From Halocafeteria seosinensis (taxonomy: Eukaryota), in assembly GCA_001687465.1 (NCBI GenBank), contig LVLI01000196.1:1-64000 (forward strand): a DNA stretch of 64,000 nt. The letters run 5' to 3'. The position numbers and the translations under genes were made by a program. Within the stretch, counting starts at the first letter, position 1. Each line of letters begins with the position of its first letter. Below the pieces are notes generated by a model that was not told the origin of the DNA, made no database searches, and worked only from the letters and a program-made list of their open reading frames with translations. Shown here piece after piece: positions 24,314 through 37,252 of the stretch.

Positions 24314-25891
24314 TTAGAGTTTCGGAATCCGAGACTTAATCTCTCCACGGACGAGCGAGAGCATGTGGACCTCGTCTGGACCATCCGCAATCCGCAGGGA
24401 TCGCATCCCAGTCCAAGCTCGTGCAAACCAGTTATCGCCACTGAGGCCGGCGGCTCCATAAATTTGCATGCAACGGTCCAACACCCGAAGCACTGCGTTC
24501 GGTACAAAGACTTTAGCGGCGGAAACGTGGTTTCGAGCAGCTTGACTCCCGTGTTCATCCATGTATGCTGCGGCTGTTAGCACCTGCGAGGTACGCGATT
24601 AACAGTTGATTCCTCGAAAAGAGAATAGACTGCCTTGCAAGCCTATATAAATCGTACCATTGCCCTTGATGCATTCAAATCAATCCTCGATTCTGCGATG
24701 TACCTATGGATCATCCCCTGTAGAGACACCACTGCCTCGCTTGAATGAAGACAATTCGACAGTCTGGCTCACATACATGTTCAGCTAATCGTTTGTTAAA
24801 GGCTTTGCGGCTCAATGCTCGTTGTATCATTTGCTCAAAGGCTCTTTCTCCTAAGCCAACAGCTCGCATGCAGTGATGAATCCGACCAGGACCCAATCTA
24901 CTCTGAGCGATTTGGAATCCACTCCCCTCCTCACCGAGAATGTGACTGGAGGGCACTTCAACGTTCTCCAACGAAACCTGCGACCCAGCCGCTGGTTCGG
25001 TAGGAAGAAATCGCTGTATCTTTTGTCATCCAAATCAGACTTACCTCGGCATGACCGCTGGGTGCATCGTCGTACCCAAAGGTAGTGAGCGGCCTGACCA
25101 CTGTGACGCCGCGTGAGTTCATTGGGACTAGGACGATTGAATGTTGTTGGTACTTGCCACGATTCGTGTTCTGTGTTCTTCCCACTGCAGTCGGATGTAT
25201 CCAAAAGAAAACCAAGAAGGTGACAACCATTAAGCAAGGCATTATCCCCCTTTGCGGAGTACATACGAACTAAACAGATGCGACAGTGTGGATGCATAGC
25301 ACCTGTGCTCCACCATTTTCTCCCATTGATGATATACGTCCCTTGATCAGTGTTCTCGATGCTCGTCTCAATATTTCTAGCGTCACTAGAGGCCACATCG
25401 GGCTCTGTCATCAGAAAAGTGCTTCGAATGCTTCCATCCATTAATGGTTGCAAATACTCTTTCTTTTGCGCTCCAGTACCAAATTTGGCTAATAATTCCA
25501 TGTTGCCCGTATCGGGAGCATTGCAATTACAGGCTTCTGAAGCGAGTACACTGGCGCCCATTATCTCCGCCAGTTCCGCGTATTGCTTCATACAGAGTCC
25601 TTGTTGGAACCATGGTTGCTGAGGCTCCTGCGCTCTGCAATAAGGTGCCACCAGGGCCGTGTATTCTCGCGTAAAAAACAGGTTCCAAAGGCCTAGTTGC
25701 TTCGCTCGCTTCTTCAGATCCTCGACAATGGGTGGCACGTGCTTCCATCGTCCTGGGGAGTCCGCTGTGGCATAATAATGGTCAATATCGCGCTGTTGTT
25801 GCTCGAAAATGGCTTCCGCCGGGATACATTCCTCCTCCACAAACGCTTTCAGAGCCTTTTTCAGCTCTTCAAAGTACCCTATTCGGCTCAT
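24314..25891 (-). CDS. Acyl-CoA dehydrogenase (ACAD10/11-type catalytic domain, standalone)
   Basis: NCNAPDTGNMELL, MTEPDVASSDARNI, INGRKWWSTGA, AQSRLGPGRIHHCMR and LRIADGPDEVH. Confidence 0.93.
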
Positions 25892-26002
25892 GCTGTCCTA
25901 GAAAACTACACTAACTGAAATATTCTTAATTACTACTCTTCTCAAACATTAAACTGCGTAGGATGTACGGTATGGCATTGCCAATCCTCATCTGCATCTT
26001 GT

Positions 26003-26016
26003 GAAGTTGAAGTTGG
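26003..26016 (+). promoter_or_regulatory. GAAGTTGAAGTTGG element in the ACAD/SCAPER divergent promoter
   Basis: Shares the 17-mer TGAAGTTGAAGTTGGAG with 11678..11694. Confidence 0.6.
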
Positions 26017-26148
26017 AGTGTTTCCTTTTCATTGCGTTCATTCATGGTGTATGTGTTGTGTATGAGTTTCACGGACACATGGTCACAATCTACTTATGTA
26101 TATCGATGTGTTGTTGAAGGTCATGTTGTGAGCGGTGCGCAGTTGCAG

Positions 26149-29100
26149 ATGGCAGGAGCGTCGAAAGAGGCCTTGCCACCGATGGAGGAACTCACGCAGT
26201 AAGCTTCATTGGACTATACAATGCATTTTATGTTGACTAATCACTACTATGATGTGCTGCAGGTTCCTGGATAATCTATACACCTTGTGCGAAAAAGAAA
26301 GCAACCTGGAACTCTGCCAACAAGTACGGGAACGCTTGGAACAAAATGCCCAGGAATTCAAAGAGGTATGATAGAGCTACAAGTTCCTGCTTAAGGGTAG
26401 GGTGAAAATGATACTTGTGTTCTGTAGGGGGCATAAGTCTTTTAAGCGACTGACAGTTGGAGCTACCTCAGCACTCACCCTCACTGTTGGTTTCCTGTCC
26501 CGAGTTTTCTTTTTGAATCACTTATTGTTTTATGCTGATTGATACGCAGCTGGAGCAAACCATTCAATTATTGCATAATGAAAAGAAACAACCAATTGCA
26601 TGGGAAGTTCGCAAAACATGGGGATCCAATTCGCCTAACCGGAAACGACCCTCTTCCTTCGCTGATGCAGTGAAACGTGGAACCGCGTCTACCAATCAAG
26701 ACCGTCAAAATGGAAGCAGAGCAATCCGCAAAGAGGAGGCGAGTTATGCGAACATTGTCTCGGAACGCAACAATAACCCTGAAGACGCGAGACCTCCACC
26801 CCCGGCTCCCCCGTCGAACTGGACTGTGGTAACAAACTCCACTGCACAAAATGCAGAGAGTAGGACCGTAGAGCCTGTTGCAACCAGTGCTACGCAGAAT
26901 GCCAGTGTGTCTGCTTCGAGCTGCTCTGTCTCTCAACCCAACTCTCATAAAACCGTTTCAGCAACAGACGCTTCGGGTGCTACGCCACCGAAAAGGTCTC
27001 TTACAGTGCAAGAACGATTAGCAGTGACAGAGAACCAGGATTGGTATGACTTGGTCGCGAACGATGAGTCTCTGAGTGACGGATCCACAGCATCAGATGA
27101 CAAACGAGATAGCGACAGAAATGCAATAGGGATACAGAGCCCCCCTAGGACCCGGAAATATGGATGGTCTGAGGATGGGTACGCTGCTCTCAGCTCCTAC
27201 AGTCCGCGGTCATCTGAAGGATGTGAAGATTCCCAAAAGTCCTTATTTCAGCATTCACGGAGTTCGAGTATTGGCTCTCAACACAGCGGCTCCGAAAAAT
27301 CCACACCCGAACGACCGAGGCTTCACGCTAAACTCTCGTCACCCGAACGACAAAAGCCTTCTCCTGAGGAAACAGAACGCCGCGTAACTGAGCGCCAAGT
27401 TGCCGCAGAAGCGAATAAGGCCATGATAGAAAGTCAGCGCCTTGCCAAATTACGTGAACAGTCAGAGCGTATAGAAGCTGTTAAACGCAACAAAGAGGCA
27501 CAGAAGGCGTCAGCAAATGCGAAATCTACTCAAAAGCTCGAGAAAGCAGAGGCTCGGAAAGAGGAGCACATGCGAGCCGTACGGGAGAAGGCAGCCTCAG
27601 AAAACCAAAAAGTACATGAAGTTGAATTTATCAATTCGTTGTTGCTTCAGGACAAAAAGCTTGAGCTGGATTCTCGGATGGAAGCTGGAGAGTCAAGAAG
27701 AATTGGAGCCCTGGATAATATTAGAGCTAAGGCTGCGCGCAAGAACTCAAAGGTTGAGGAAATCGCTGAACTTCAACGCAAACGAGAAGAAGAGGAAGCA
27801 GAAAAACGTAAAGAAAAACTTGAATCGCGCCTTGCGAACAGTGAGACACGTCGTAACGCCAAACTCCATAGCAAAGTGAGCCGGACTGCCCCTCGCCATC
27901 ATCCAACGTATAGTCCCTCATCCCGAATCGATGGCCAGCAACAAGTGACTCGCTATCGATCCTACGCGCATGCGCTCCAAGAGAAAGAAGACGCTTCTTT
28001 GTCGTTTTCCAATCCCGAAAACTCGCCGTCTGTCGAAAACTCGCCGTACCAAGTCACGGTCGATACCAGTCAATCACCTGGCGAGCCTTTGCCAGTCGAC
28101 CCCTCGGTTAAAGAAAACAAGAGATCTACAGAATCTGAAAGGAGCAAGCGCAAAGTGCGAAAACTGCGCGGTCAACTGGCAAGTATATGCTTAAAACATC
28201 GGTGGTTCGAAGGACATGCGACAACGACAACAAAACGATCACGCACTAATAACCGCTTGCACAAGCTCATCAATGAAATCCGCTCGATGGTAAAATATAC
28301 GGAACTCATCAAGAGCGCTAAGCAAACGAGTGATGCGTCATCATGCGCCATCTGTGCTGCTGCTGGAATATGGAGGGAAGAAGAATTTGAAGCAGCAGCG
28401 GATACCAGTGGATTGTTAGATCTGCCTAACCCTCTGCCGAAAGGTCTCGAGAAAGCTTTTGATGAGGTACTTCACCTTCTAGATTCTACCGGCAATGCCT
28501 CTGTAACGAGCGCCGTTTTACCGGAACATGTTCTACAAGGTGCGTTTGAAATGAGAAAGACGATTGACGAGCAGATGAGGAAGGCTTCGGGTTTGGCCAC
28601 TCAAGAGGAGGAAATCCTTCCTTCCGAATTCCAGCATCCTGTGGATTATGGTGCTTTGCAGCATCAAAACAAAACTAGCAACCACTCAAAGCGAAATTCA
28701 AGCCACCCCGCTAAAACAGACAACAACCCAGCTGACAAGACTGGTGGGTCCGGTAATTCACAGACTGCTGTGAGTTTCTCGGCCGAAGATGCTCAAGCAT
28801 TACGAGTTGGAGGAGTGCTGCACGTGGCCATTTCTTGCTGTACGCCTCAACATGTCAAGTACCAACCGGACATTGTTGTACGAGCCTTGAGAGTACTCAT
28901 TCTCAGTAGCTCACTGCCGAGCAACTGTAACTATTTTATAAGCTGTAATTTCGGAGTGCCTATTGTTGATATACTTGCATTAGCTTTGGACAAACTGCCT
29001 TTGGCAAAGATGGGTATACCTCAAGACATTCTGAGCCACCAACAAAGTGTACCGGACAAGCGAGATGCTCTTCTGCAAGACATTAGCGACTCCAGCAAAT

Positions 29101-30368
29101 ATTCTGACGAGAAAAGCTATCCAGTGGACGTTGTCGCGAAGACTTCTACTGAAATCTCATTGGTCATGGCGTCCCTGCAGCTACTATGGCTTCAGTATAG
29201 GCATGCGCCTCAGAGCTCTCTTGTTGCAAACGTACAGTCAACAATTCTGAAGGAATACCCGACCCTGTTGAGCAAATATATAGTACATACTTCACTTCTC
29301 AGCAGAATCCGGGATCTCTTCTGGCTGCTCAGTAAGTACCTTGTCCCAACGTAGTCTCCTATCCCATGAACATTTTCAGTTTGATTTCTGTCTTCTCCAG
29401 GATCTGCCCCAACTATGATGGCATTTAGTCCACTCTTGCGCACAATTTTAGCCTTCCTGGTTGCCTTGACGGACGACAAAGATATGAGAAAGAAACCTAT
29501 CTTCCATCCGTCTCCCGGTGGAAATGCGTTGGTCAATGTGTTCCAGGACACAGGCATTGTCGGGATACCCACATTGCTGAGTGGCCTTCTTCTTGCTGTG
29601 TCACCTGCTTCAAGAGCTCGTACTCGTGCTCGACTGGCTGATACTCTGTCACAAAGTGCCGGCTATTCCAGAAGTCCCGCCTCTCCCCACTCATCGGAGA
29701 CAGAAGTGGATTGTCCAGACAAATTATGGAGACTCCCGTTGTCCGCGGTTTCGACTGCGATATTGGCTTTGAAGGTTTTGAACAATGCAGCTCGACTGGA
29801 CCTGAAAACGTTTCAGGAACAACTATCGTGTACTGGATCTGACTTGGAGACCTATCATATCATCGACCATTTGCTGGGGCATGTTGCCAGCTGCATACTC
29901 CGCGTCCCAGAAACAGTAAACGAAATCAATGGCCATACTACCCCAACTTTGCGAGCCATTCCATGGGATGCCACGCACGAGTTATTAGCGGAGTTAATGT
30001 TATTTATGGGCTATTTATGCTCTGGGAACTCGAAGATGAAGGAATTGGTGACCTGGGGCCACTCACCAACGCCGCTGCAGAGGATCTGTCGGATGCCATT
30101 CCGGTTTTATATTCACTCCACTGATCGTGATATCGTGATACCAACTATTCTATGTTGTATCGAAAATTTCTCTGTGAATCAGCGCATAGTACAAAGTGAG
30201 ATCAGTGAATTCTTTTTCTCCCGTTATTTGAGGGATCGTCGGTCACGCCGGGAGAATGGACCCAGCATGTTGCCCACCAAGTCTCCGAGCTATTTTGAGC
30301 TGCAGAATCGAATTTCTTCTGCTCAGCAACAAAAACTTGAACAGCAACTTAATGGAGGCCCCAGTTGA
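26149..30368 (+). CDS. SCAPER: SCAPER-like protein (S-phase cyclin A-associated protein in the ER); about 3 introns
   Basis: N-terminal LDNLYTLCE...IAWEVRK, LHAKLSSPER, coiled coil with KAASENQKVHEVEFINSL, and C-terminal WGHSPTPLQRICRMPFRFY. Confidence 0.8.
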
Positions 30369-30567
30369 CGTGTCATAGCACAGAGGGATCGAAACAGAAA
30401 GAGACAGGCTCTCGGAAAGCATCTGACGAAACGATACGTGTTGTAAAAATCGGCCGCCTAGTTCGGCGTATTTGTATATGTCCTATTCGAAGTTTCAGTT
30501 GTGATTGTTTATCTAAAACGCGCTCTAAAAACGGGCTTGCTATGATCAAATGACGACGACGCGGTTG

Positions 30568-31517
30568 TTATACTCGAGTTGGTAGATTTCTTAAAGAATT
30601 GTCCATCTTTGCCGAGTGCTGTTGCCATGCGGCAGGGTCGTCCGGGTTCTGTTCTTTCGGGTGCAAACGCGTGCTCTCGTCAATAGGCCTTCGTGACATA
30701 CGAGGTGCGCTGCAATCAAAACAAGAATATGCAAAACCAATGTCGATACCTCAATGATACCGCCGGTATTGTAAAGACTGAAGACATACAATTCAACTAG
30801 CATAAGTCCGACACCACATATCAGCGATGAACCTAGAGTTGCCTGTATAGATCCCTTGGGCAAGCCAGCTACTGCGCCAGCACATGCTCCCGCTATTCCG
30901 GCATTAAGAATATTGTTGTGGCTGAAATCTTGCTGCAGTATTAAAGGAGACGGTCATAAAAGAACAACAGTCGATCTTATCGTAAAACTCACGTACCAAA
31001 TTGCATTCCACCAGTGGGAAGACCACCCCTACCGCAGCTGCCAACGGCTGTACTCAAACAACAACAACTTGTTCATAGTAAGATGGTACTTGTCCCTCTG
31101 GATGAACATACCACAAAGCGTTTGTTGTTGGCCATCCATCGTGCCCATCTTCCTCCTCCTGCCAGTCACTCAAACCAATAAAATGAAATGAAACCACTCA
31201 GATCATCAACCAACCAACACGGGTGTCTAGATAACCCCTTAGCAGCACGAAGCATAGCGTACCTCTGGTCATTGTCCAGCTTGTATATCCCCATGAAGCC
31301 ACCAATCCTCCCGTTGTTCCCACCGCCTGCATTCATTCACCTACTGCACAGTCATTCAGTGATGCATATCCTTAAGCGACAAGGCACCTACGAGTCCATT
31401 TCCGAGACGTGCAAGACAGGACTGGTCTCGTATAGGGGTCTTGGAGAGCATCTTCTGCGTCTCCGCGTAGGGAGGAGGGGAGACCTCCTCCTCTTTACCG
31501 CCATTATGCTCGCTCAT
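30568..31517 (-). CDS. Tim17/Tim22/Tim23-family membrane protein; about 4 introns
   Basis: Manual splicing gives SCLARLGNGLAVGTTGGLV...VFPLVECNL-QDFSHNNILNAGIAGACAGAVAGLPKGSIQA, which has the family's GxxxG helices. Confidence 0.65.
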
Positions 31518-31934
31518 TTCAAGCTCTACGGGGCAGATACACGGGTCGGGGGAAATATAAGATCTAAACAATATAAACGTGTCGATGGATATCAACCCAA
31601 CTCCATGCAGCACTAATAAACATAGCCAGGGAAGGACAGAGTATTTCATTCATTCATTCATGTGCATATCATGGGATTGTTGATATCTCCCCTGCATATA
31701 CACACATATGCACACCTATCCTGACTGGTAGGACAATATGTACGTGGATAGGAAACTTTGTTTGTTTGGTTTTTTCGTTTTCATGTTCATTGGATAAACT
31801 TGACCGTGAAGTGAAAAGCGTGCATTCAGTCCCCCTTCAGCAAGTAAGTGAATGCATAATCGACCTCTTCCATGCAATTAATGATTCATGTCTTTGCTGC
31901 TGCTGCAGCAGGAGGAGCAGTAAAGTAAAGCATA

Positions 31935-32318
31935 ATGAAGGACCTTAAGAAGTTGACGGGGGTTGTCACCTCCACGTCCATGAAAAAGACGGCGGTGGTA
32001 CAGATAGAAAGGCTTTATGTGCACTCAAAATACAGAAAGATATTACGCCACAAAAAGAAATACTTTGCGCATGATGAATATGAAATCTGCGGACTGGGGG
32101 ATAAAGTACAGATTAAATACGTCGGACAGATGAGCAAGAAGAAGCACTGGACAGTGATTGATATAGCATACAGACAACCACGATTGGAAGGGGAACCATT
32201 CCCCATGGCTAGATTAGTACATAACCCCGTCTCCTACCCGCCCTTACCACAGGATACAGACTCGGCGTCGTCAACTCCAACACCCATTGCCCCCGAGAGT
32301 ACCACGAATCAAAGGTAA
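31935..32318 (+). CDS. MRPS17: Bacterial-type ribosomal protein uS17 (probably mitochondrial)
   Basis: GVVTSTSMKKTAVV...HSKY...KKYFAHDE...GDKVQI...SKKKHW. Confidence 0.9.
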   Translation: MKDLKKLTGVVTSTSMKKTAVVQIERLYVHSKYRKILRHKKKYFAHDEYEICGLGDKVQIKYVGQMSKKKHWTVIDIAYRQPRLEGEPFPMARLVHNPVSYPPLPQDTDSASSTPTPIAPESTTNQR

Positions 32319-32617
32319 CCAACCCCGATGAAGAAATCGTACATACTTTCCACGCTACGGTATTATGTATCTATTCGGTTTTCTTTCTTCGTATTCCTAC
32401 TAGAAGGAAAAGTAGATAGACTGCTCCTATCGTATGCTCTGTTTATGTCGCATAAAATATTCACATCGACATTGCTCACCCAGCCAGACAGACGCAGTAA
32501 TCGCTTGAGGCTAGTACTGTCCACCTCAATTCCCTGTTCCACGAACGGTAAACACAAGGAGCAACCTTCGTTCAGGGGAGCATTCCTCCTCGATTAAATG
32601 CAAGTGGATAACGTGCG

Positions 32618-32964
32618 TTATCCTTCATAGCCGATTCTGGCATGAATAGCCTTGCGTTTGCGATGAGGGGTAGACTGTTTACTGGACGATTTTCCATCTT
32701 CCTTCTCACTACCTCCTTTTTCTGCCTCTGCAACAATAGCACCACCATTACATGAAGTCAGAAGTGGGCCAAACCTCATTGGTTGCTCCACCCACCTGTC
32801 TTAATTTCGCGAGCAAACATCTTTTCCGTTTCCGTACCGGGTTCATACGGCGTTTTTTCTTTAGCAGAATACTTCATCATTGCCTTGACGGCACTCTTCA
32901 CGGACGCGACGTCTTCCACATCCTTCTGCGTCGTATTGATGGGGGTAGGATCCCTCCGTAGCAT
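32618..32964 (-). CDS. CDC26: APC/C subunit Cdc26 (Apc12)-like small protein; one intron
   Basis: The N-terminus MLRRDPTPINTTQKDVEDV resembles the Cdc26 MLRRxPTxL motif, and a downstream exon ends IHARIGYEG*. Confidence 0.65.
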
Positions 32965-33358
32965 CCTTCTTGCTTCCCGGACTGAATTGGCTTAACGCTC
33001 ACGTCCCACTATGTGTGTATACAACCAAGTTACCACATGCTTAAAAACGAAGTAAAGAGATATGCACATAAATACGGCGTGCATGCCTATGGAACTCATA
33101 AAACCTACATTTCCTACTAAACAAAGTCCCCAAGTTGGGACCCAAGCACGTTGAACATCCTCGCCTGGGTCAACGAAGTAACACGTACGCTATAGCCTAC
33201 AGTGTAAACGAGGATACGATCCCTCGAGAAAAGAGCATACAAAAGAAAGGATACGGTATAATGTATCGCCTTCGTTTATTTTTCCGAAAACATTCAATAT
33301 TAAATCAAGCACACCTAACGGACTAGGCTTGCCCATCCCCGTGGTCTCAAAAGGGAAG

Positions 33359-35083
33359 TTAGTTGTGGGGAGCCACTTCGAGAGGGGAGTTTACTTCTTC
33401 GCCAGAATCCTCATCGACGCATCCCTTGGTAGGATTGGCTGTGTTGGTGGAATTAGGAGCCTTGTCTGTAGTAGTTCCAGCCACAATGTCAAAGCCTCCT
33501 CGAGTGTCTACGGGGACACCACCAGCGGCGAGTTTGCCAGCAGTGGAGATACGATGCTCCAAGAGCATATGGTTTTCAGCAGGAAGGCCGATGCATGCTC
33601 GGAGGACGTTGAGAACCGCTTCTCTCTGTTTGAACAAGGCATTCACCACAGGAGTTCCTGGAGGGGTCATTGGAGCCTTCAGCAAGTAAGACAGGATACT
33701 GAGGACACTGTGGAAGCGACTGTATTCCTGTTCTCCCTCTTTCTTCACGTGGATACGCTCACAAAGCTCACCGAGAACGACCAGGTCAATAATCAAAGGC
33801 GATGCCAGGAGTGAGTCCTCGCACACATTGTGCATTGTGATGGTGTTGGAGCCGTTCATAAAGATCTCCGAAGTGTACTCGTCCATAGCTCGCTTGGAGT
33901 CTCCGACGTAAGGCACGTACTTGATGACGACACAGTGATCAGGATGCTCGTTTTCCTTGAACATCATGCGGTTGGAGGCGACCATGTCATCGACAACATT
34001 CGATTTGGAAATCTCCTTGGAACGGAATTGTTTCGGAGAGGATAAGTTCTTGCCATCATTATTCCCCAAGTGATTGTAGGATACAATCGACACTGGTTTC
34101 AAACCAGCGGAGACGAGGAAATCAACCAGCACAGATTTCATTTTCGTTTGTCCACTCTTGAAGTCATCTCCTGCGATGAAGACATCCTTCTGCTCAGCCA
34201 GTTCCAACACACCAGGAACGAAGGTGTTCTGAGGAGATCCGTTGATGTACGTGCAACCTTCAAGAATTGACGCAACAGCGAACAGTGTACTGGGGGACAC
34301 TTCATCTTCGTCCTTTTTGATAGAGTTCATCAGCTGAGATGAGGTCATGTTTAATCCTTCGCGAACATCAGAGAATCGTTCGGTGTTGGCTGACCACAGA
34401 ACCACGACCTTGTCGAGTTGGTTCTTAGCCTTGAAATCACGGATCTGTTGACGGATCTTCTCGACCAACTCTTCCTTGTTTCCTTTCAAAACGTTGTCAG
34501 CGCGCTCTTCCTGGTTTTCGGCAATGAAATCCTTGCTGTAGATAGACGGGAGAGGTTTGATCTCTTTCATTTCATCGTAGAGTTGACGCTGGAGGTCGTA
34601 CGGCAAGACTTCAGCTCTGGCCATAGCGTCTCCGAGGTTCATGGAGGAGATATCCCATCCCCCGATCACGAGGTCATTCGGATGCACCATTGGGAGCATC
34701 TTGTTCATTGGCACGTAGACATCTCTTCCTTGACGTGCTCCCAGACGTACAGTAGAGGCATGGGTGACGGATCCGAGGTAGTTTGGCTTTCTGACTCCAT
34801 GGCGATCCCGCCACTGCACATTGTTGCGGTTCGCCAGGATACTTGCAGTCACAGTGGTTCCATTGTTTCCTCCTAGACCAACAATCATCATCCCCGTACG
34901 GGGCACCTTTCGATCGGTCTTGAAATGGAACTTTTCCTTCAAAGGTGTCGCTACCACCTTGTTGTCATGGATCTCCACATCGGTGGTCTCATAGACATAT
35001 TCTGCCTTGATGTGATCCTCAGTGTAGGATACATTAGGCGCGGACACTTCAATAGTGTTATCAGAGTACAATGAAGAAGCCAT
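33359..35083 (-). CDS. INO1: myo-inositol-1-phosphate synthase
   Basis: [48 protein letters not shown] and CEDSLLA. The coding region is intronless. Confidence 0.97.
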   Translation of the reverse strand: MASSLYSDNTIEVSAPNVSYTEDHIKAEYVYETTDVEIHDNKVVATPLKEKFHFKTDRKVPRTGMMIVGLGGNNGTTVTASILANRNNVQWRDRHGVRKPNYLGSVTHASTVRLGARQGRDVYVPMNKMLPMVHPNDLVIGGWDISSMNLGDAMARAEVLPYDLQRQLYDEMKEIKPLPSIYSKDFIAENQEERADNVLKGNKEELVEKIRQQIRDFKAKNQLDKVVVLWSANTERFSDVREGLNMTSSQLMNSIKKDEDEVSPSTLFAVASILEGCTYINGSPQNTFVPGVLELAEQKDVFIAGDDFKSGQTKMKSVLVDFLVSAGLKPVSIVSYNHLGNNDGKNLSSPKQFRSKEISKSNVVDDMVASNRMMFKENEHPDHCVVIKYVPYVGDSKRAMDEYTSEIFMNGSNTITMHNVCEDSLLASPLIIDLVVLGELCERIHVKKEGEQEYSRFHSVLSILSYLLKAPMTPPGTPVVNALFKQREAVLNVLRACIGLPAENHMLLEHRISTAGKLAAGGVPVDTRGGFDIVAGTTTDKAPNSTNTANPTKGCVDEDSGEEVNSPLEVAPHN

Positions 35084-37252
35084 CTGCACATGAATAAAAG
35101 AACACCGTTAACCAGGAAAAGCGGGGATTTTCAAGGATACATTATCGACAAAAAGCATCTGGGGTGACTCCAAGGGGATGTATCCAGGGAGCGCCAGAAC
35201 CCCTGGGGCACTCAGACACGTGGGAGTTCAACGGTCATTTTCCCTTTTTATCAAGCTTGTAGGAGCCCCTATACAAGGGATTCCTACCCATACGGACTTG
35301 GACATAGATGATACAGGCATAGACTTACCGTAACAAGGTGGGTCAGAGCGAATGATCTTGGCAGCCTGTGCAAAACACACGCGTCATCTATTAAACGAGA
35401 GAGTGCGCTTTAGACGATCAAAGCAGCGTAAAATAGAGGTTCTATTTATTAAAAAAAGAATTAATAAATAGATAAAAAAGCGGTCAAGCAAGAAAAAAAA
35501 AGGGCGAGTTCGGTTCCGAAGAAGGACAATTCGTAGTGATTTCCAATAATGTGTGTAAGGAGTGTGTGTGTGTTCTCCAAGTCGACTTCGGTTTTCCGCT
35601 TCAACATTGGGCTTTTTTACACCGGAGTTGGGTTGGTGAAGAGCCTGGTCCAGGCTGCCTGGATAAAATCTGCATAGCGTATGAGGTTTGGAAGCTACAA
35701 GGTAGTGGATTTTGTGTACCGTGTCCCATCGTAGCGTGTAATGAGTGAGCTTGTGTGTGTCAGCGGGAAAGCGGCCATCCGATGATACCAGCTGCGGATG
35801 GATCCGGCTGATGCCTTTCCTGCCGCGCAATAGGCAAAGATGGAAAACAATTCTGTAATCCTTCTTTTTCCTAAATCCTACTGAGGTGCAATGTATGCAA
35901 CGGATATAACAGAACCGACTGACAGATTAGAGGTACAGATGAGCATCTGCCAGACTGTGCTTGTACCAATTCAATGGTCCAATTGTACGAAGGCACATGG
36001 CCTCCATACCTGAATATGGTAGTCTATTCTCTGTGTATCTAGTCGCAGACCTCTCAAGCATACATGCATATTCTTTCTGCCTCGGAATTGGTCGCTGAGG
36101 TCAGCAAGGCGCTTGTGAGCTAAATCCCTTCTTCATGTGCTCTTAGTGTGGAGCTCACTTGCTCTGGAATGTTTTTGTTTGTGTGCATTGCGCTTGGTCG
36201 GTAATCTTGGCTCCCTCTATGCTCCTATATATATGCGTACGTACCATTGGTAGGAGGTACAATGTTGTACTGGGAGTCCAAGTTGGGGACGTCCGATGAG
36301 CTTTTGGACGGAAAAATAACTCGGTAAACCGAACGGGATTAGAACTTATCAAACATGGTTGAGGTGCTTATTGTCGTAGTACATTCTCCCCCTGTAATAG
36401 CCTACAAGCTTGTACTACAACTGTATTGCTGACAGCTTTGCATCTCTCGAAGAACAATGACCCCAAAGCATCTCTTGGTCATCACAGTTACCTTAACATG
36501 TGTGGTTCCTATACCTTGTAGCAATTTCGTCCCGTATACATAGTCTCAGTTCCTAAGGTCACTTTCTAGGATCAACGAATTGGACCTTCAAGTTGCCTCA
36601 ACTTGCCTGAATTCCTGAGGACGAGGTCAAAGAACACCCGTTCGAATATAGTCGAAGAGGTATTTGGTTCGTTAGATTCCGAACGACACAGCCAAGTAGT
36701 AACACTATAATATAGTTTCCTTTCATAGTGTTTGCGTGGGTTTATTCTCTTTCAGCAAGTAAGTTCGGAACGCACATCACTCCTCCGGAGGATTTCTGGC
36801 TCTGTTTAACCCGCTGCTTGAGCGACACAACCACATCGCAAATATCCCATAGGAAACTTCATTAGCTTCTCCCCCGTTATTGCTCTGTTTGTTGCGTTCT
36901 CCTACCGGGAAAGGTCCGAAACATGCTATGTAGAGGTGGTTTCCTAGGAAGTGAGCGGACACCCCCGAAGCTTTTTGCTCCCCTTGTTGACCCCCTTGGC
37001 GCGTCCCTCCCGAAACAGGTAACGAAAGCAGAGAACCGAGTTCACGATGGAATTCTCTCTCCTTCGAAAGGACTAAGGCGCATCATGGTGCCGTCTAGAG
37101 CTCCCATTGTTAAGGTTTATCCAACATTTACGTTTGGAGTGCATCCCAGGGCGTAGCCGTGCTGTCTCATTTCCGTTAACAATTCCGCGAACTTGATCTG
37201 GTTATTCATTCACCCTCTGTGTGTTCTGTCTTTTGTTGCAGCGTATCGAATA

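Noticed and set aside
33329..34876. Long antisense or alternative-frame ORFs over INO1 (and similar ones over DPP3, MCM7, BiP and AASS)
   Set aside because: These are shadow ORFs of well-supported genes, with no recognisable motifs.
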